Both the position numbers and the translations under genes were made by a program. The notes below the pieces were generated by a model. The model worked only from the letters and a program-made list of their open reading frames with translations. It did no database searches and was not told the origin of the DNA. Positions 50,746 through 60,071 of a DNA stretch of 64,000 nt are shown piece after piece; the stretch's first letter is position 1; every line of letters begins with the position of its first letter. This stretch comes from a virus. The DNA lies in the IMG/VR virus record IMGVR_UViG_3300031857_000028, positions 32,001 to 96,000 of that record. One strand, given 5' to 3'.

Positions 50746-52356
50746 TTAGACGAGTGCAAGCTTGTCGATGTAGATCTTTGCGAAGAATTCCGGACGGACA
50801 ATCTTCTTGGCATAACGTGTCATCACGCCACGGCGTGGTGTGAAGTTTGCTGGGTCGTACACAAGTGGTGTCATGATTAATGGAATGTATGGGGCATAGA
50901 CTGCACCAGTTTCCAAGAACTGATTGCCACGGAAGCCCATGAGCATTACGTTTTCCGTCATGTATGGGTTCTTGTATACGGTGAAGCGGTTCTGGAATGA
51001 ACCAATCTTCGTGATACCGGCTGCAAATTCCATCTTGTCACCATCTGTTCCGGCTGCAAAGCCAGGGATGGTTTCAAGAATTGTTGCAACTGTTGGTGAA
51101 ACAACTGCAAAGTTTGCACCACCACGCATTGTAAGTTGGTGAATACGGTTTGACACCTTTTGCATCTTCTGACCAAGTGTTTGGTACCAGGTCATGTTTG
51201 TCCATGCTGTTCCCGTGAAGGATGAAGCTTGGAAGTTTGAACCGTTCCATACTGAACCAATTTCTGCTGACCAGAAATCAACCGTTGGTGCTGCGTTGAT
51301 TAACATGTCAAGGATTTCAAGGTCAATTTCCATTGCAACATAGTCTGACAACATACTTGTCAATTCTGCTTCTGCATCAACTGAGTGGTATGCGTTCAAG
51401 TCTTGTGCAAGTTCTGGTGACCATACTGCCTTCAACTTACGTGTCTTGGCAACGATGGTTTCACTCTTGAGTTCCAAATCAATTTCTGGAATGTTGAGGT
51501 CTGTACCGTCATCCAATCCCGTACCTGCTGCCGAACCACGAATTGGGTCACGATCTTCGAAGTCACCACGAGCTGTGTCAACCGGTTGCTTACTGAATTG
51601 TACACTCGTAAGTGTCTTGCCTGACGCCACTGCCGTGTTAACGACGAATGTGATGTTTGTTCCATCATACTTGGTGAATTCAGGTAATACTAATGATGCA
51701 AAATCAACTCCTGAACCACTTGGTACGAATGAACGAATTGCCAAGTAGTCTGGGTTTGCAAATGCAGTCTTTGCAACAACGAACTTGGAAAGACTTCCAG
51801 TTGCTACGAATGCATCATTATAGTTAACATCGGCAAATGATGCAGATGCTGCTGATACTGATACCGTATTTGACGTTGCATTGTTGATGGTATAACCAAA
51901 ACGACCTGCACCATACAAACCACCCGTGTTCGTGTTACCGAATCCGCCCCATGTTGAAGCAGCTGCAGTACCATAAAGTGATTCGTTTGCTACCTGTCCG
52001 TTACGTGTACTTCCGTACTTGAAGTCCATGTAGAAAACCAACCCTGCTGGGAGGTTCATTGGTTGTACTGAAACGAAGTTCTTTGCTGCAATTGAACCGA
52101 AGACCTTACGAACTAATGGAAGTGCTACACCGGCCCATTGTTCGCCGGTTGCACCGGCTTGGTTGGTCTTACTGTTTTCTTGGAGAAGTTGTGTTGCTTG
52201 GTTTTCAAGCATCACAGCCATACCCTGCTTTTCATATCCCTTCAAGCCTTCCAAAAGGCCTGAACGTTCCCACTTACCTGCCAATTTACGGGTTTGGTCA
52301 ATCACATGCTTGTGAGCTGTTCCCGCTTCGTTAATAAAATCTTGTACATCTGACAT
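50746..52356 (-). CDS. gp23: Major capsid protein (T4 gp23-like)
   Basis: VSVQPMNLPAGLVFY, AKTRKLKAVWSPELAQDLNAYHSVDAEAEL, YAPYIPL, FTPRRGVMTRY. Confidence 0.97.
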   Translation of the reverse strand: MSDVQDFINEAGTAHKHVIDQTRKLAGKWERSGLLEGLKGYEKQGMAVMLENQATQLLQENSKTNQAGATGEQWAGVALPLVRKVFGSIAAKNFVSVQPMNLPAGLVFYMDFKYGSTRNGQVANESLYGTAAASTWGGFGNTNTGGLYGAGRFGYTINNATSNTVSVSAASASFADVNYNDAFVATGSLSKFVVAKTAFANPDYLAIRSFVPSGSGVDFASLVLPEFTKYDGTNITFVVNTAVASGKTLTSVQFSKQPVDTARGDFEDRDPIRGSAAGTGLDDGTDLNIPEIDLELKSETIVAKTRKLKAVWSPELAQDLNAYHSVDAEAELTSMLSDYVAMEIDLEILDMLINAAPTVDFWSAEIGSVWNGSNFQASSFTGTAWTNMTWYQTLGQKMQKVSNRIHQLTMRGGANFAVVSPTVATILETIPGFAAGTDGDKMEFAAGITKIGSFQNRFTVYKNPYMTENVMLMGFRGNQFLETGAVYAPYIPLIMTPLVYDPANFTPRRGVMTRYAKKIVRPEFFAKIYIDKLALV

Positions 52357-52375
52357 AATTTATATCTCCTGTATA

Positions 52376-53536
52376 TTAGATAATTCCTGCGAGTTCTTGT
52401 AGACGACGAGCTACCGTGTTTTCAACGATAACTTCTTTCTTTGGTGCTGTACTTGGGGTTACTTTTGAAGCAAACCCTTCAGTAACAACTTTCTTACGTG
52501 ATGATGCAAATGTCTTAGCTGCAGTTGAAAGATTTTCAACAAGTGCCGCATAAACAAGTTTCACTTCACGAACATTTGTTGCACGGTCAAATGATTCAAC
52601 AATACGAATCTTTTGTTCGTTAGTTAGACCTTCCTTACGGAAAATCTTGTTTGTGAAGAGTAACTTTGAGTTTAATAAGTTAACTTCTTGTAGGCGTTCA
52701 CGTAGGGTATTAATGACCGAACGATGTTGTGCCAATTCTTTCTTGAGTTCCGCAAGTTTAGCAGCCATTTCGGTTGATTTGTTCATGTCTTTAGCATGTC
52801 CCATGCCAGCGGCATGTTGTTCTTCATCATCGGCTTCAAGTTCTGCAAGAATTTCTTCAAGATCAATCTCTTGTTCATCATCCGCCATTTCTTCGCCAGA
52901 TTCCTCTGTTGTAGGAGCCTTTCCGAATTTTGAAACGTCGGATTCTTTCTTTCCATAACCTTCAGTTTTTGCTGGTACCTTAGGTGCGGCCGGTGCTTCT
53001 TCTTCACCTTCTTCCTCACCCTCTTCCTCACCTTCTTCTTCACCTGCATGTTCGGCTTCTGCAAGACGAGCAATATCTTCTTCTAATTCTTTGATAACTT
53101 CGTCAAGGTCGAAATCACTTTCTGACCAGTCATCATACCAGTCAGTATGGCTATCATCGACGTTTTCACCTCCATCACCGATAGCTGAAGTGTCAAATGA
53201 ATCATCTGACGGTTCCTTGTTGTCACCCGTTCCAACCGTTGATGAATCTGCTGGGAAGTCACTACCACCCTTTGCTTCTGCATCCTGGAATGGGAGTTCC
53301 TTTGCGGCTTCATCAGTTGGTTCTTCTGCACCAAATGATTCCTTCTTGATATCATCCGTTTCTTCTTTTTCTTCGCCTTCCATTGCTTCCACACGAAGAC
53401 GGCGCGCAATCATTTCACGAATTTGTGGGGTAATTGCTTCTTCTAATACGAGCTTTGCATTTGCGACAGCCGTTTCACGAACTGCTTCTGCGTCTGCAAT
53501 GGCTTGTTTTAAAAGATTGTTGGTAATCTTTGCCAT
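52376..53536 (-). CDS. Prohead scaffold / core protein
   Basis: Very acidic with a coiled-coil C-terminus, many L/I-x-E sites, ends RLQELAGI; directly upstream of the capsid gene. Confidence 0.8.
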   Translation of the reverse strand: MAKITNNLLKQAIADAEAVRETAVANAKLVLEEAITPQIREMIARRLRVEAMEGEEKEETDDIKKESFGAEEPTDEAAKELPFQDAEAKGGSDFPADSSTVGTGDNKEPSDDSFDTSAIGDGGENVDDSHTDWYDDWSESDFDLDEVIKELEEDIARLAEAEHAGEEEGEEEGEEEGEEEAPAAPKVPAKTEGYGKKESDVSKFGKAPTTEESGEEMADDEQEIDLEEILAELEADDEEQHAAGMGHAKDMNKSTEMAAKLAELKKELAQHRSVINTLRERLQEVNLLNSKLLFTNKIFRKEGLTNEQKIRIVESFDRATNVREVKLVYAALVENLSTAAKTFASSRKKVVTEGFASKVTPSTAPKKEVIVENTVARRLQELAGII

Positions 53537-53660
53537 ATTGTAATACTCCTGTAAGGAATGAAACAGATATTCTCATCTGTTATTTTGGATATAAAAATTC
53601 CCACCAATATTGAACATTAGTGTTTCACTATAATAAATATATTACTAATTCTCAAAAATA

Positions 53661-53876
53661 TCAATTATCGTAATGTTTTTGTCGTGCGGCTCTACGTTCT
53701 TCACGTTTTCTACGACGAAGTGCCTCTTGACTCTTAAATTTTTTCTTTTTTGATGGTTTTAAGAAATGTTCTCTGTTTTTTAACTCCTGCATAATTTCAG
53801 ATTTCTTAACCATCTTGGTGAATTGTTTTAATGCTTTATTCAATTCATCCTTGCCATCGTTAACTTTAATAAACAT
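53661..53876 (-). CDS. rpsU: Ribosomal protein bS21
   Basis: IKV...ELNKALKQF.K......E...REHFLKPSKKKK, 71 aa, basic. Confidence 0.85.
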   Translation of the reverse strand: MFIKVNDGKDELNKALKQFTKMVKKSEIMQELKNREHFLKPSKKKKFKSQEALRRRKREERRAARQKHYDN

Positions 53877-54575
53877 TTAATTGCCTTCCTTTGGTTTTGG
53901 TAATAAACGACCGTTTTGAACAGTGTGTGTGACAGTTCCATTCTTTCCATATCGACCAAATTTATAATCCTCTAGCCCCATCTGTTTTGCTTGAATTGCA
54001 ATCTGTGAGTCTGTGTTGTTGTCTGCGGGATTATTATCTGGTGACGTTGGAGTTGTATCTTTTTCTTCAGGATGTTCTTTTGCCTGATGAACAAGTAATT
54101 TTACTTCTGGGTATTTTTTACGAAGTCCTTCTACTGCTGCTACATTTTTAGGTGAGTCATCAACAAATGCAACGCGAGTAAATCCAGATTGTATATGTTT
54201 TTCTATATAATTTGCTTTTCTCTGCGGGTCAGAACTTCCTATAGCGGCAATACTCACACCGGAAGTAATTCCCATCATTTGTAAGAATTGTGCAACGGGC
54301 TTAGTATGGCCACGGGCAGTTAATATAGCAATTTTGTCAACTCGTTTATCTGCTATTGCTCTTTTTAAGAGCTGTACAAATCTACGAATTGGTCTTGGAT
54401 TTTTTAATTTCTCAAATTCAGAAAAATCAAACTTATCGCCTGGTTCTGGTGTGTAGACAGCATAATCAGGCGGGTCCATTTCCACAACCTCACCTGACGC
54501 TTTTGTGATGATAATCTTTGCATCCGTCTGTGCTAATGTGTCATCAAAGTCACTAACAAATAAAGTTTTAGACAT
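53877..54575 (-). CDS. HAD-superfamily phosphatase-like protein
   Basis: DFDDTL (motif I), ILTARG (motif II), K, FVDDSPKN (motif IV). Confidence 0.8.
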   Translation of the reverse strand: MSKTLFVSDFDDTLAQTDAKIIITKASGEVVEMDPPDYAVYTPEPGDKFDFSEFEKLKNPRPIRRFVQLLKRAIADKRVDKIAILTARGHTKPVAQFLQMMGITSGVSIAAIGSSDPQRKANYIEKHIQSGFTRVAFVDDSPKNVAAVEGLRKKYPEVKLLVHQAKEHPEEKDTTPTSPDNNPADNNTDSQIAIQAKQMGLEDYKFGRYGKNGTVTHTVQNGRLLPKPKEGN

Positions 54576-54578
54576 ATG

Positions 54579-54971
54579 TTAATGCGTTAGTATTTTATAA
54601 GAAAATGCCACCATTTCATTCAAAGTATGTTGAAAAAAAACACGTTGGTTATCTTCATTTAACTTATTCACTACCGTCATAATCATGTGTGCAGTAAATA
54701 TGTCAATTAATTGACCTTTTACATAATTTGGTGTGTTGGTGTTTATAATTTCATTCAATGTCATTTTTACATACATTGGATTATTAAAAATCTCATGTAG
54801 TTTTTTTACATTGACCGTTGCACCAGTGGCATATTTTTTTGCGTCTTGTGGGGAAATGGTATTTGCAATCTTTTTAATTTTGGAGTTTACTTTATCAGGA
54901 GAAATTTTTCCCATTTGATATGCATAAACTATTTTAAATAATTGCTGTTGTTTTTTACTAACCGATGGCAT
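54579..54971 (-). CDS. Hypothetical protein with a DUF3008-like basic N-terminus
   Basis: MPSVSKKQQQLF...KKIANTIS..DAKKYA. Confidence 0.55.
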   Translation of the reverse strand: MPSVSKKQQQLFKIVYAYQMGKISPDKVNSKIKKIANTISPQDAKKYATGATVNVKKLHEIFNNPMYVKMTLNEIINTNTPNYVKGQLIDIFTAHMIMTVVNKLNEDNQRVFFQHTLNEMVAFSYKILTH

Positions 54972-54976
54972 GATTC

Positions 54977-55228
54977 TTATACTTTAGATACTTTACCGGG
55001 AACCGGTATAGGTGCGCATGTACCAAATCCTTGTTCATTAATATCCACGCATAATAATCCAGGGCAACATCCCGACGTTTCTGTACAGGTGTCACCTAAT
55101 TTGGCACACGTTGGTGTCGGAATTGGATCTGGATTTGGTGTGATGTCTTCTGTTTTAGATTTTTTTGTATTGTTGACTATAATCCAACCAATAGTTGCCA
55201 TTGCAACTACCGCAAGTAATAATAGCAT
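54977..55228 (-). CDS. Membrane-anchored cystine-knot (knottin-like) small protein
   Basis: Hydrophobic N-terminus, PTPT linker, C-x6-C-x5-CC-x4-C-x10-C; AAGGAG SD. Confidence 0.7.
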   Translation of the reverse strand: MLLLLAVVAMATIGWIIVNNTKKSKTEDITPNPDPIPTPTCAKLGDTCTETSGCCPGLLCVDINEQGFGTCAPIPVPGKVSKV

Positions 55229-55239
55229 AATAATCTCCT

Positions 55240-55824
55240 TTATTTTACTTCGCTTAAGAAATCATGAACCAACTTATCAATTGTGTCATACGGTGTTATA
55301 ATATTACTGCTTACATTTTCATTGATGAATGCACCAAACGTTGATGGATTGGAAACAATGTCAAAACAAATCAAAGAAAAATCCTCTTGTACTTCTACCG
55401 TATTTTCTCCCATTTGACGAACCGACCCCATTCCACGGGATGATACCCCGAGACGAATATTATTCTTGATTAGTTCACGAACAATATTTCCTGTTGGAGT
55501 GGTGAGAATTTCAATATCTCCACGAACATCATCACCGTCAGGCCACAACCCAACGACATTACAACATACATTTTTAAGATTTACAACCGGTGATTCTGGA
55601 TGATCTAATTCACCAAGTGCTCTTCGTTGACTAACGAAATTTTGCTTGTATACTGCTGCTTCTCGCATGAGAATTTCTTTCGGATACACTCGACCGTTTT
55701 GATTTTTGGCGTTTGCACGTTGTAATACGACATTGCGAAGAATGAATGGTTTGTTACCGTCAATGGATTCCATTAACATATTTCTGTCGTAATGCAGTTC
55801 GGTATATTCACAGAGTAATGCCAT
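55240..55824 (-). CDS. gp21: Prohead protease (T4 gp21-like)
   Basis: NQNGRVYP, ALGELDHP, LGVSSRGMGS, DIVSNPST..AF; likely start MALLCE. Confidence 0.95.
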   Translation of the reverse strand: MALLCEYTELHYDRNMLMESIDGNKPFILRNVVLQRANAKNQNGRVYPKEILMREAAVYKQNFVSQRRALGELDHPESPVVNLKNVCCNVVGLWPDGDDVRGDIEILTTPTGNIVRELIKNNIRLGVSSRGMGSVRQMGENTVEVQEDFSLICFDIVSNPSTFGAFINENVSSNIITPYDTIDKLVHDFLSEVK

Positions 55825-55825
55825 A

Positions 55826-56395
55826 TTATTTACTACCATCTCTAAAGGTATACAGTTTAGTTTTTGGGCTATAATCTAATCCACGATTAAAGTCAATTGA
55901 AACCGATCGAGTTGCCTCTGGATTCTCTGGGTCTAGACTGTAGGACGCTACTTTAAATGCTTTTTCTGGAACGCCCGTGAGCTGTTTCAGTTGGTCACCA
56001 GTGAGTCCACCACCTTGCTTCATAGCACTTTGTACCGCAGATGATTTTAATGCAGTAGTTAGTTTCTGTCGAACTGCCAAACCAACTTTATCTTTCATAT
56101 CTGCTGGGTCGGATAACTTTGCTGGTCCACCTTGATCGATTCCACGATTAAGTGGCATGGTAGCTGGATTTCGATTTTTTGGTTGTGTTCGTTTGAACTG
56201 TGTGTCAACTGTTTGTAATCGGCCGTCCACGGTTTTTGCCACATATTCACCGTTTGCGTTTGCCCAACGACCAAAACCAATACTGTGAAGCCCTTGTTGT
56301 TTTGCTTGCTGTGCGGCGGCATTCATTTTTCCAGGCAAATAATCACCAATTTTTTCGTCAACCATCTCTTGAATTAACTCTTTAAAAATTATCAT
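55826..56395 (-). CDS. Hypothetical protein, putative internal head protein
   Basis: MIIFKELIQE leader; AKQQGL...FGRW module. Confidence 0.55.
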   Translation of the reverse strand: MIIFKELIQEMVDEKIGDYLPGKMNAAAQQAKQQGLHSIGFGRWANANGEYVAKTVDGRLQTVDTQFKRTQPKNRNPATMPLNRGIDQGGPAKLSDPADMKDKVGLAVRQKLTTALKSSAVQSAMKQGGGLTGDQLKQLTGVPEKAFKVASYSLDPENPEATRSVSIDFNRGLDYSPKTKLYTFRDGSK

Positions 56396-56397
56396 AG

Positions 56398-56904
56398 TTA
56401 TCCTCGTAATTCACGCAGTCTACGTGCAATTTCAATCAATCGGCCTTCCAATTTTGTCATTTGATTTTGTGTACGTTTCCATAAACTTTCGTTACTAATA
56501 CCATACTCATTCTTCAAACGACTGTTGTAATTTAAAACTTTCTCAACCATCTTTAACTGCTTATTAATTTCAGAAATGGCTTTTCCAATTTTTTGATGAG
56601 GAAGTGCTGTCTGGTCATTTCTATATTGATAATAATTTTCAGTCAGTTGATTTAATTCTGTTCTTAGGACATGCGCATGTTCTTTAAGATTATCAACTTT
56701 TTTAGAATCTTCATTTCCACGGTGTGTTAACGTATAGCCAATCTGCTTTGCCATAGCTTTTACACGACTAGCATTCATTTGACCAGAACCAGAAAATGCT
56801 TTAGGTGATAAATACCCAGCAACATTAGCTGTAGTTGAGATTTCATCTAGTCTGTCTTCGATATGCTTACGGATAAGTTCTCTCAATCGTTCTTCATTCA
56901 TCAT
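56398..56904 (-). CDS. Hypothetical prohead-associated protein
   Basis: LDE|ISTTANVAGYLSPKAF followed by a coiled coil. Confidence 0.6.
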   Translation of the reverse strand: MMNEERLRELIRKHIEDRLDEISTTANVAGYLSPKAFSGSGQMNASRVKAMAKQIGYTLTHRGNEDSKKVDNLKEHAHVLRTELNQLTENYYQYRNDQTALPHQKIGKAISEINKQLKMVEKVLNYNSRLKNEYGISNESLWKRTQNQMTKLEGRLIEIARRLRELRG

Positions 56905-56907
56905 AAA

Positions 56908-57786
56908 TTAACTCAACGAATCCAATTCGTGTGAAATTTCATATGCAATTAATAATGCAGTAATATAATTATCTTTTATTGTTGACTTATGTTGTATGTG
57001 TTGCAACTGTGATATTACTTCATTAATTTTAATCTTAGTAACGTCATTTTTAATTTTATGAGAATTCCTCTGTATCTGCCGTGTCAATGCTTTAGCTTCT
57101 TCTGCAACATAATTTTTAAACTTCTCAAGGTCCGTCCCGTTATTAATGTATTCACGTAATAAAGTTTTTTGTTTGTCACTGAAGTTACTATACTTTTCAT
57201 TGAATCGTTCTAATAAAAATTTATATGACAAGTATCTAATTTCTTCCGGCTGCTTCTTCAAAACTTCGGAGTATGTACTTTCTTTAATTATTTTTTCTTC
57301 TTTAAGTTCACCCTTTAGGTGCTCTACAACAACAAACCGTGCAGAAACCATTTCATCAATCTGCATAAACATTGAGGAATCTGTTTCTGAACGGTTGGTT
57401 GTTTCGAACAATTTATAGACCGATGCATACACTTTGTACGACGGGACTCTACCTGCCATAAATTGTTTCAAGTCACACTGTTGTTTTATTTCTTTAATAA
57501 GTAAGAATTTTTGTGCATTTAATAATTTTTCATTGAGCGTTTTACGTCTCTGCAAAATTATATTGAGCATATCCAAAGCTTTATTTTCAGACAACTTGGT
57601 CGTATTGAAAAACGTACGATATAGTTGTAATTCTTTTCCTAGTTCGGATTTAGAATGAAAATGTTCTCTCATAAGCTTTACCGCAAAACTATCGGACTTT
57701 CCATCCAATACGTCTGCAGCTACTTTTCTTACAAGTAGTTCGAACAAAATGCCGGTGTTACGTAATTTATTGTGTTTGATGTTCAT
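56908..57786 (-). CDS. Head-module protein of unknown function
   Basis: IKHNKLRNTGILFELL; helical; lies between portal and protease. Confidence 0.65.
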   Translation of the reverse strand: MNIKHNKLRNTGILFELLVRKVAADVLDGKSDSFAVKLMREHFHSKSELGKELQLYRTFFNTTKLSENKALDMLNIILQRRKTLNEKLLNAQKFLLIKEIKQQCDLKQFMAGRVPSYKVYASVYKLFETTNRSETDSSMFMQIDEMVSARFVVVEHLKGELKEEKIIKESTYSEVLKKQPEEIRYLSYKFLLERFNEKYSNFSDKQKTLLREYINNGTDLEKFKNYVAEEAKALTRQIQRNSHKIKNDVTKIKINEVISQLQHIQHKSTIKDNYITALLIAYEISHELDSLS

Positions 57787-57847
57787 ATGTTATCCGTATT
57801 AGACGAGTAAACAACCACCATATATAAGTAAATATCTAGAAACATTA

Positions 57848-59725
57848 TTAACCTTCTGTTTTTTCATCAGTTAGCGAACTTTCACTTATAATTTGTCTGT
57901 ATTTGCTAGCTCCTTTTCGTTGCAAACTATTCAAGAACGTTTTTGTTTCTGTAGACAGTGTTCTTTTTACTGCTTTCTTATTTTCCTTGTGCCCAAACGG
58001 ATCACGACCAAGTGGGTGTCTGTCAGTACCAAACTTCAATCCTTCATAAGGCCGTCCGCCTTTATTTTTGGCCAAAGCTTCTTCAAGTTCAGGATTTTCT
58101 TCATCTTCATTGATGTCTTCTAAACTAGCAAGAATCTGGTCTACATCATCAATTTGTTGTTCTTCAGGAACTTCCTCCCCTTCAGGTGGCTGTTCTGCCG
58201 GAACCCCACCCTCAGGCGGCGCTGCTCCGTCCATCGGAGGTTGCTGTTGTTGCATCGGGTCCGGTGGTTGTAGTGCAGTTTGTTGCTCCTGCTGACGTTT
58301 TAAGTCTTCCATAATCTTTTCACGCTCTTTTGCAATTTCTTCGTCAGACATTTCTAAAATATTATTATATACCCAATCTTGAGAAAATAATACGGTTTGT
58401 CCGCCGGTCATTTGCTGAGCAAGTGCAAACTTTTCTTTCCAGATATTAATTTTTTCTTGTTCGTATAACGTGGAAGGATTTGTTAGTGAAAGTTCAAAGT
58501 TGATAAGATTTTCATCCGTAAACCCCTGTACATACAAATGAATAATTGCAATCTTCGTTAATTCCGAAATCATAATACGTTGAATGCGTTCAATCGTGCG
58601 TGCAAATCGAACGTCTTGTGCAGCCAACGTTGCCTTTCCATTTACATCTTCATCATATCCTATGAAAGATTTCGGTACTTTAAATGCCGCAAGAAGTTTC
58701 TTACGAAGATATTCAATGTCTTCAATAGCATTAAATTGTAATCCTTGCATGGTTTCAATATCCGTACCACTATCCTTCCCACGCACTGGGAGATAAAAGT
58801 CTTCTGTAATATTCTGCATATTATACCGAAGATTATAATCACCCGTTTTTTGATCAACCAATGGAACTTTTTTCATTCGGTCGATAATTCGTTGCATGTA
58901 CGTTTCTACTTCGGCGGGTGGAATATTTCCAATGTCAATTCTAAACTTACGTTTATCTGGTGCTCGCATAATACGATGAATTAACATTGCATCTTCCATT
59001 AACTGCAATTGTTTCCAAACACGGCGGCCGTTTTCAATCATTGCTTTGCCATACGGTAAGAAGTTGGTATCGGCCAGCAATCGAAAATGTGCAATTTCGT
59101 AATTATCGAACTCTGTTTTACCTAATGCCAAAAAGTCGTTCTGAATACTAAATCGTACAGAAAATGGGTTTCCAGGTTCTTCACCTTCCACACGGATGGT
59201 TTCATATACGGAAAGCGGTATGGCATTGACAATGCCATACTCATCGTGAATATCTAAATATAAAAAGAAATCTCCGTATTTTGCCATGTTACGAATCCAC
59301 GGCCAGAGATTAAATTCCACATTTAAAATATCATAAAACAAATTATGTAAAATTTCTTGAATACGAGTATCGTCGGTTTTAATAGTTAAAATACGATTAA
59401 ATTCGTCCTTAACCGTAGATTCATCTGCATAAATATCTAATATAGAAGAAACAATAGGGTCATTGTCCATCATATCATAATCACGGAATAGTTGCAGTCT
59501 TGCACCTTGAAATGCTGCAGCAGCCTCGTAACGGCCGTGGTGTGACCCGTATCCACCCGTCCCTGACTGATAAACCCGGTGGTATCGGTCAACCCCTCGA
59601 CGGTTTACGAATGACTGAATTTGGTCCGTGTCTGCAATTCTTAGTTTTTTGCCACCGACATTTCGTACAATTGTGTTAGTAGAAAAAAGTTTTTTTAATC
59701 TACTAAAAATACTCGTATCTGCCAT
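57848..59725 (-). CDS. gp20: Portal protein (T4 gp20-like)
   Basis: LMEDAMLIHRIMRAPDKR.F.IDIGNIPP, EDFYLPVRG, DIEYLRKKL, QDVRFARTIERIQ. Confidence 0.95.
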   Translation of the reverse strand: MADTSIFSRLKKLFSTNTIVRNVGGKKLRIADTDQIQSFVNRRGVDRYHRVYQSGTGGYGSHHGRYEAAAAFQGARLQLFRDYDMMDNDPIVSSILDIYADESTVKDEFNRILTIKTDDTRIQEILHNLFYDILNVEFNLWPWIRNMAKYGDFFLYLDIHDEYGIVNAIPLSVYETIRVEGEEPGNPFSVRFSIQNDFLALGKTEFDNYEIAHFRLLADTNFLPYGKAMIENGRRVWKQLQLMEDAMLIHRIMRAPDKRKFRIDIGNIPPAEVETYMQRIIDRMKKVPLVDQKTGDYNLRYNMQNITEDFYLPVRGKDSGTDIETMQGLQFNAIEDIEYLRKKLLAAFKVPKSFIGYDEDVNGKATLAAQDVRFARTIERIQRIMISELTKIAIIHLYVQGFTDENLINFELSLTNPSTLYEQEKINIWKEKFALAQQMTGGQTVLFSQDWVYNNILEMSDEEIAKEREKIMEDLKRQQEQQTALQPPDPMQQQQPPMDGAAPPEGGVPAEQPPEGEEVPEEQQIDDVDQILASLEDINEDEENPELEEALAKNKGGRPYEGLKFGTDRHPLGRDPFGHKENKKAVKRTLSTETKTFLNSLQRKGASKYRQIISESSLTDEKTEG

Positions 59726-59735
59726 ATAACCTCAC

Positions 59736-60071
59736 TTAGTATGTTAATACTTCATCTAATGCTTTAACTACTGTAGTGCAATCTATTTTTTTATTTTCAC
59801 ATACGCTGACCACTTCTTCTTTTAGTTCATTTACTTTTGTCTTGAATGCAGTGACCAAAAGTTTCCATTCAACTAAAGCAGTTTCCGTTCTAATGTACGG
59901 AATTGTGTTTAATTGAGAAGCCATCATGTGCATCTCTGTGCACAATTCCATCAACTTTTTACTTTGTTCACCGGTTAATTCTGGATAGAGTTTTTCCATA
60001 ATGGTTTGAATTTTCATCAAATTGATGCGGTTTTCTGCATTCTCTACCAATAAATCTGTTAAACGAATCAT
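59736..60071 (-). CDS. Hypothetical protein with MIRLTDLLVE leader
   Basis: Helical ORF with a capsid-targeting-like N-terminus. Confidence 0.6.
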   Translation of the reverse strand: MIRLTDLLVENAENRINLMKIQTIMEKLYPELTGEQSKKLMELCTEMHMMASQLNTIPYIRTETALVEWKLLVTAFKTKVNELKEEVVSVCENKKIDCTTVVKALDEVLTY

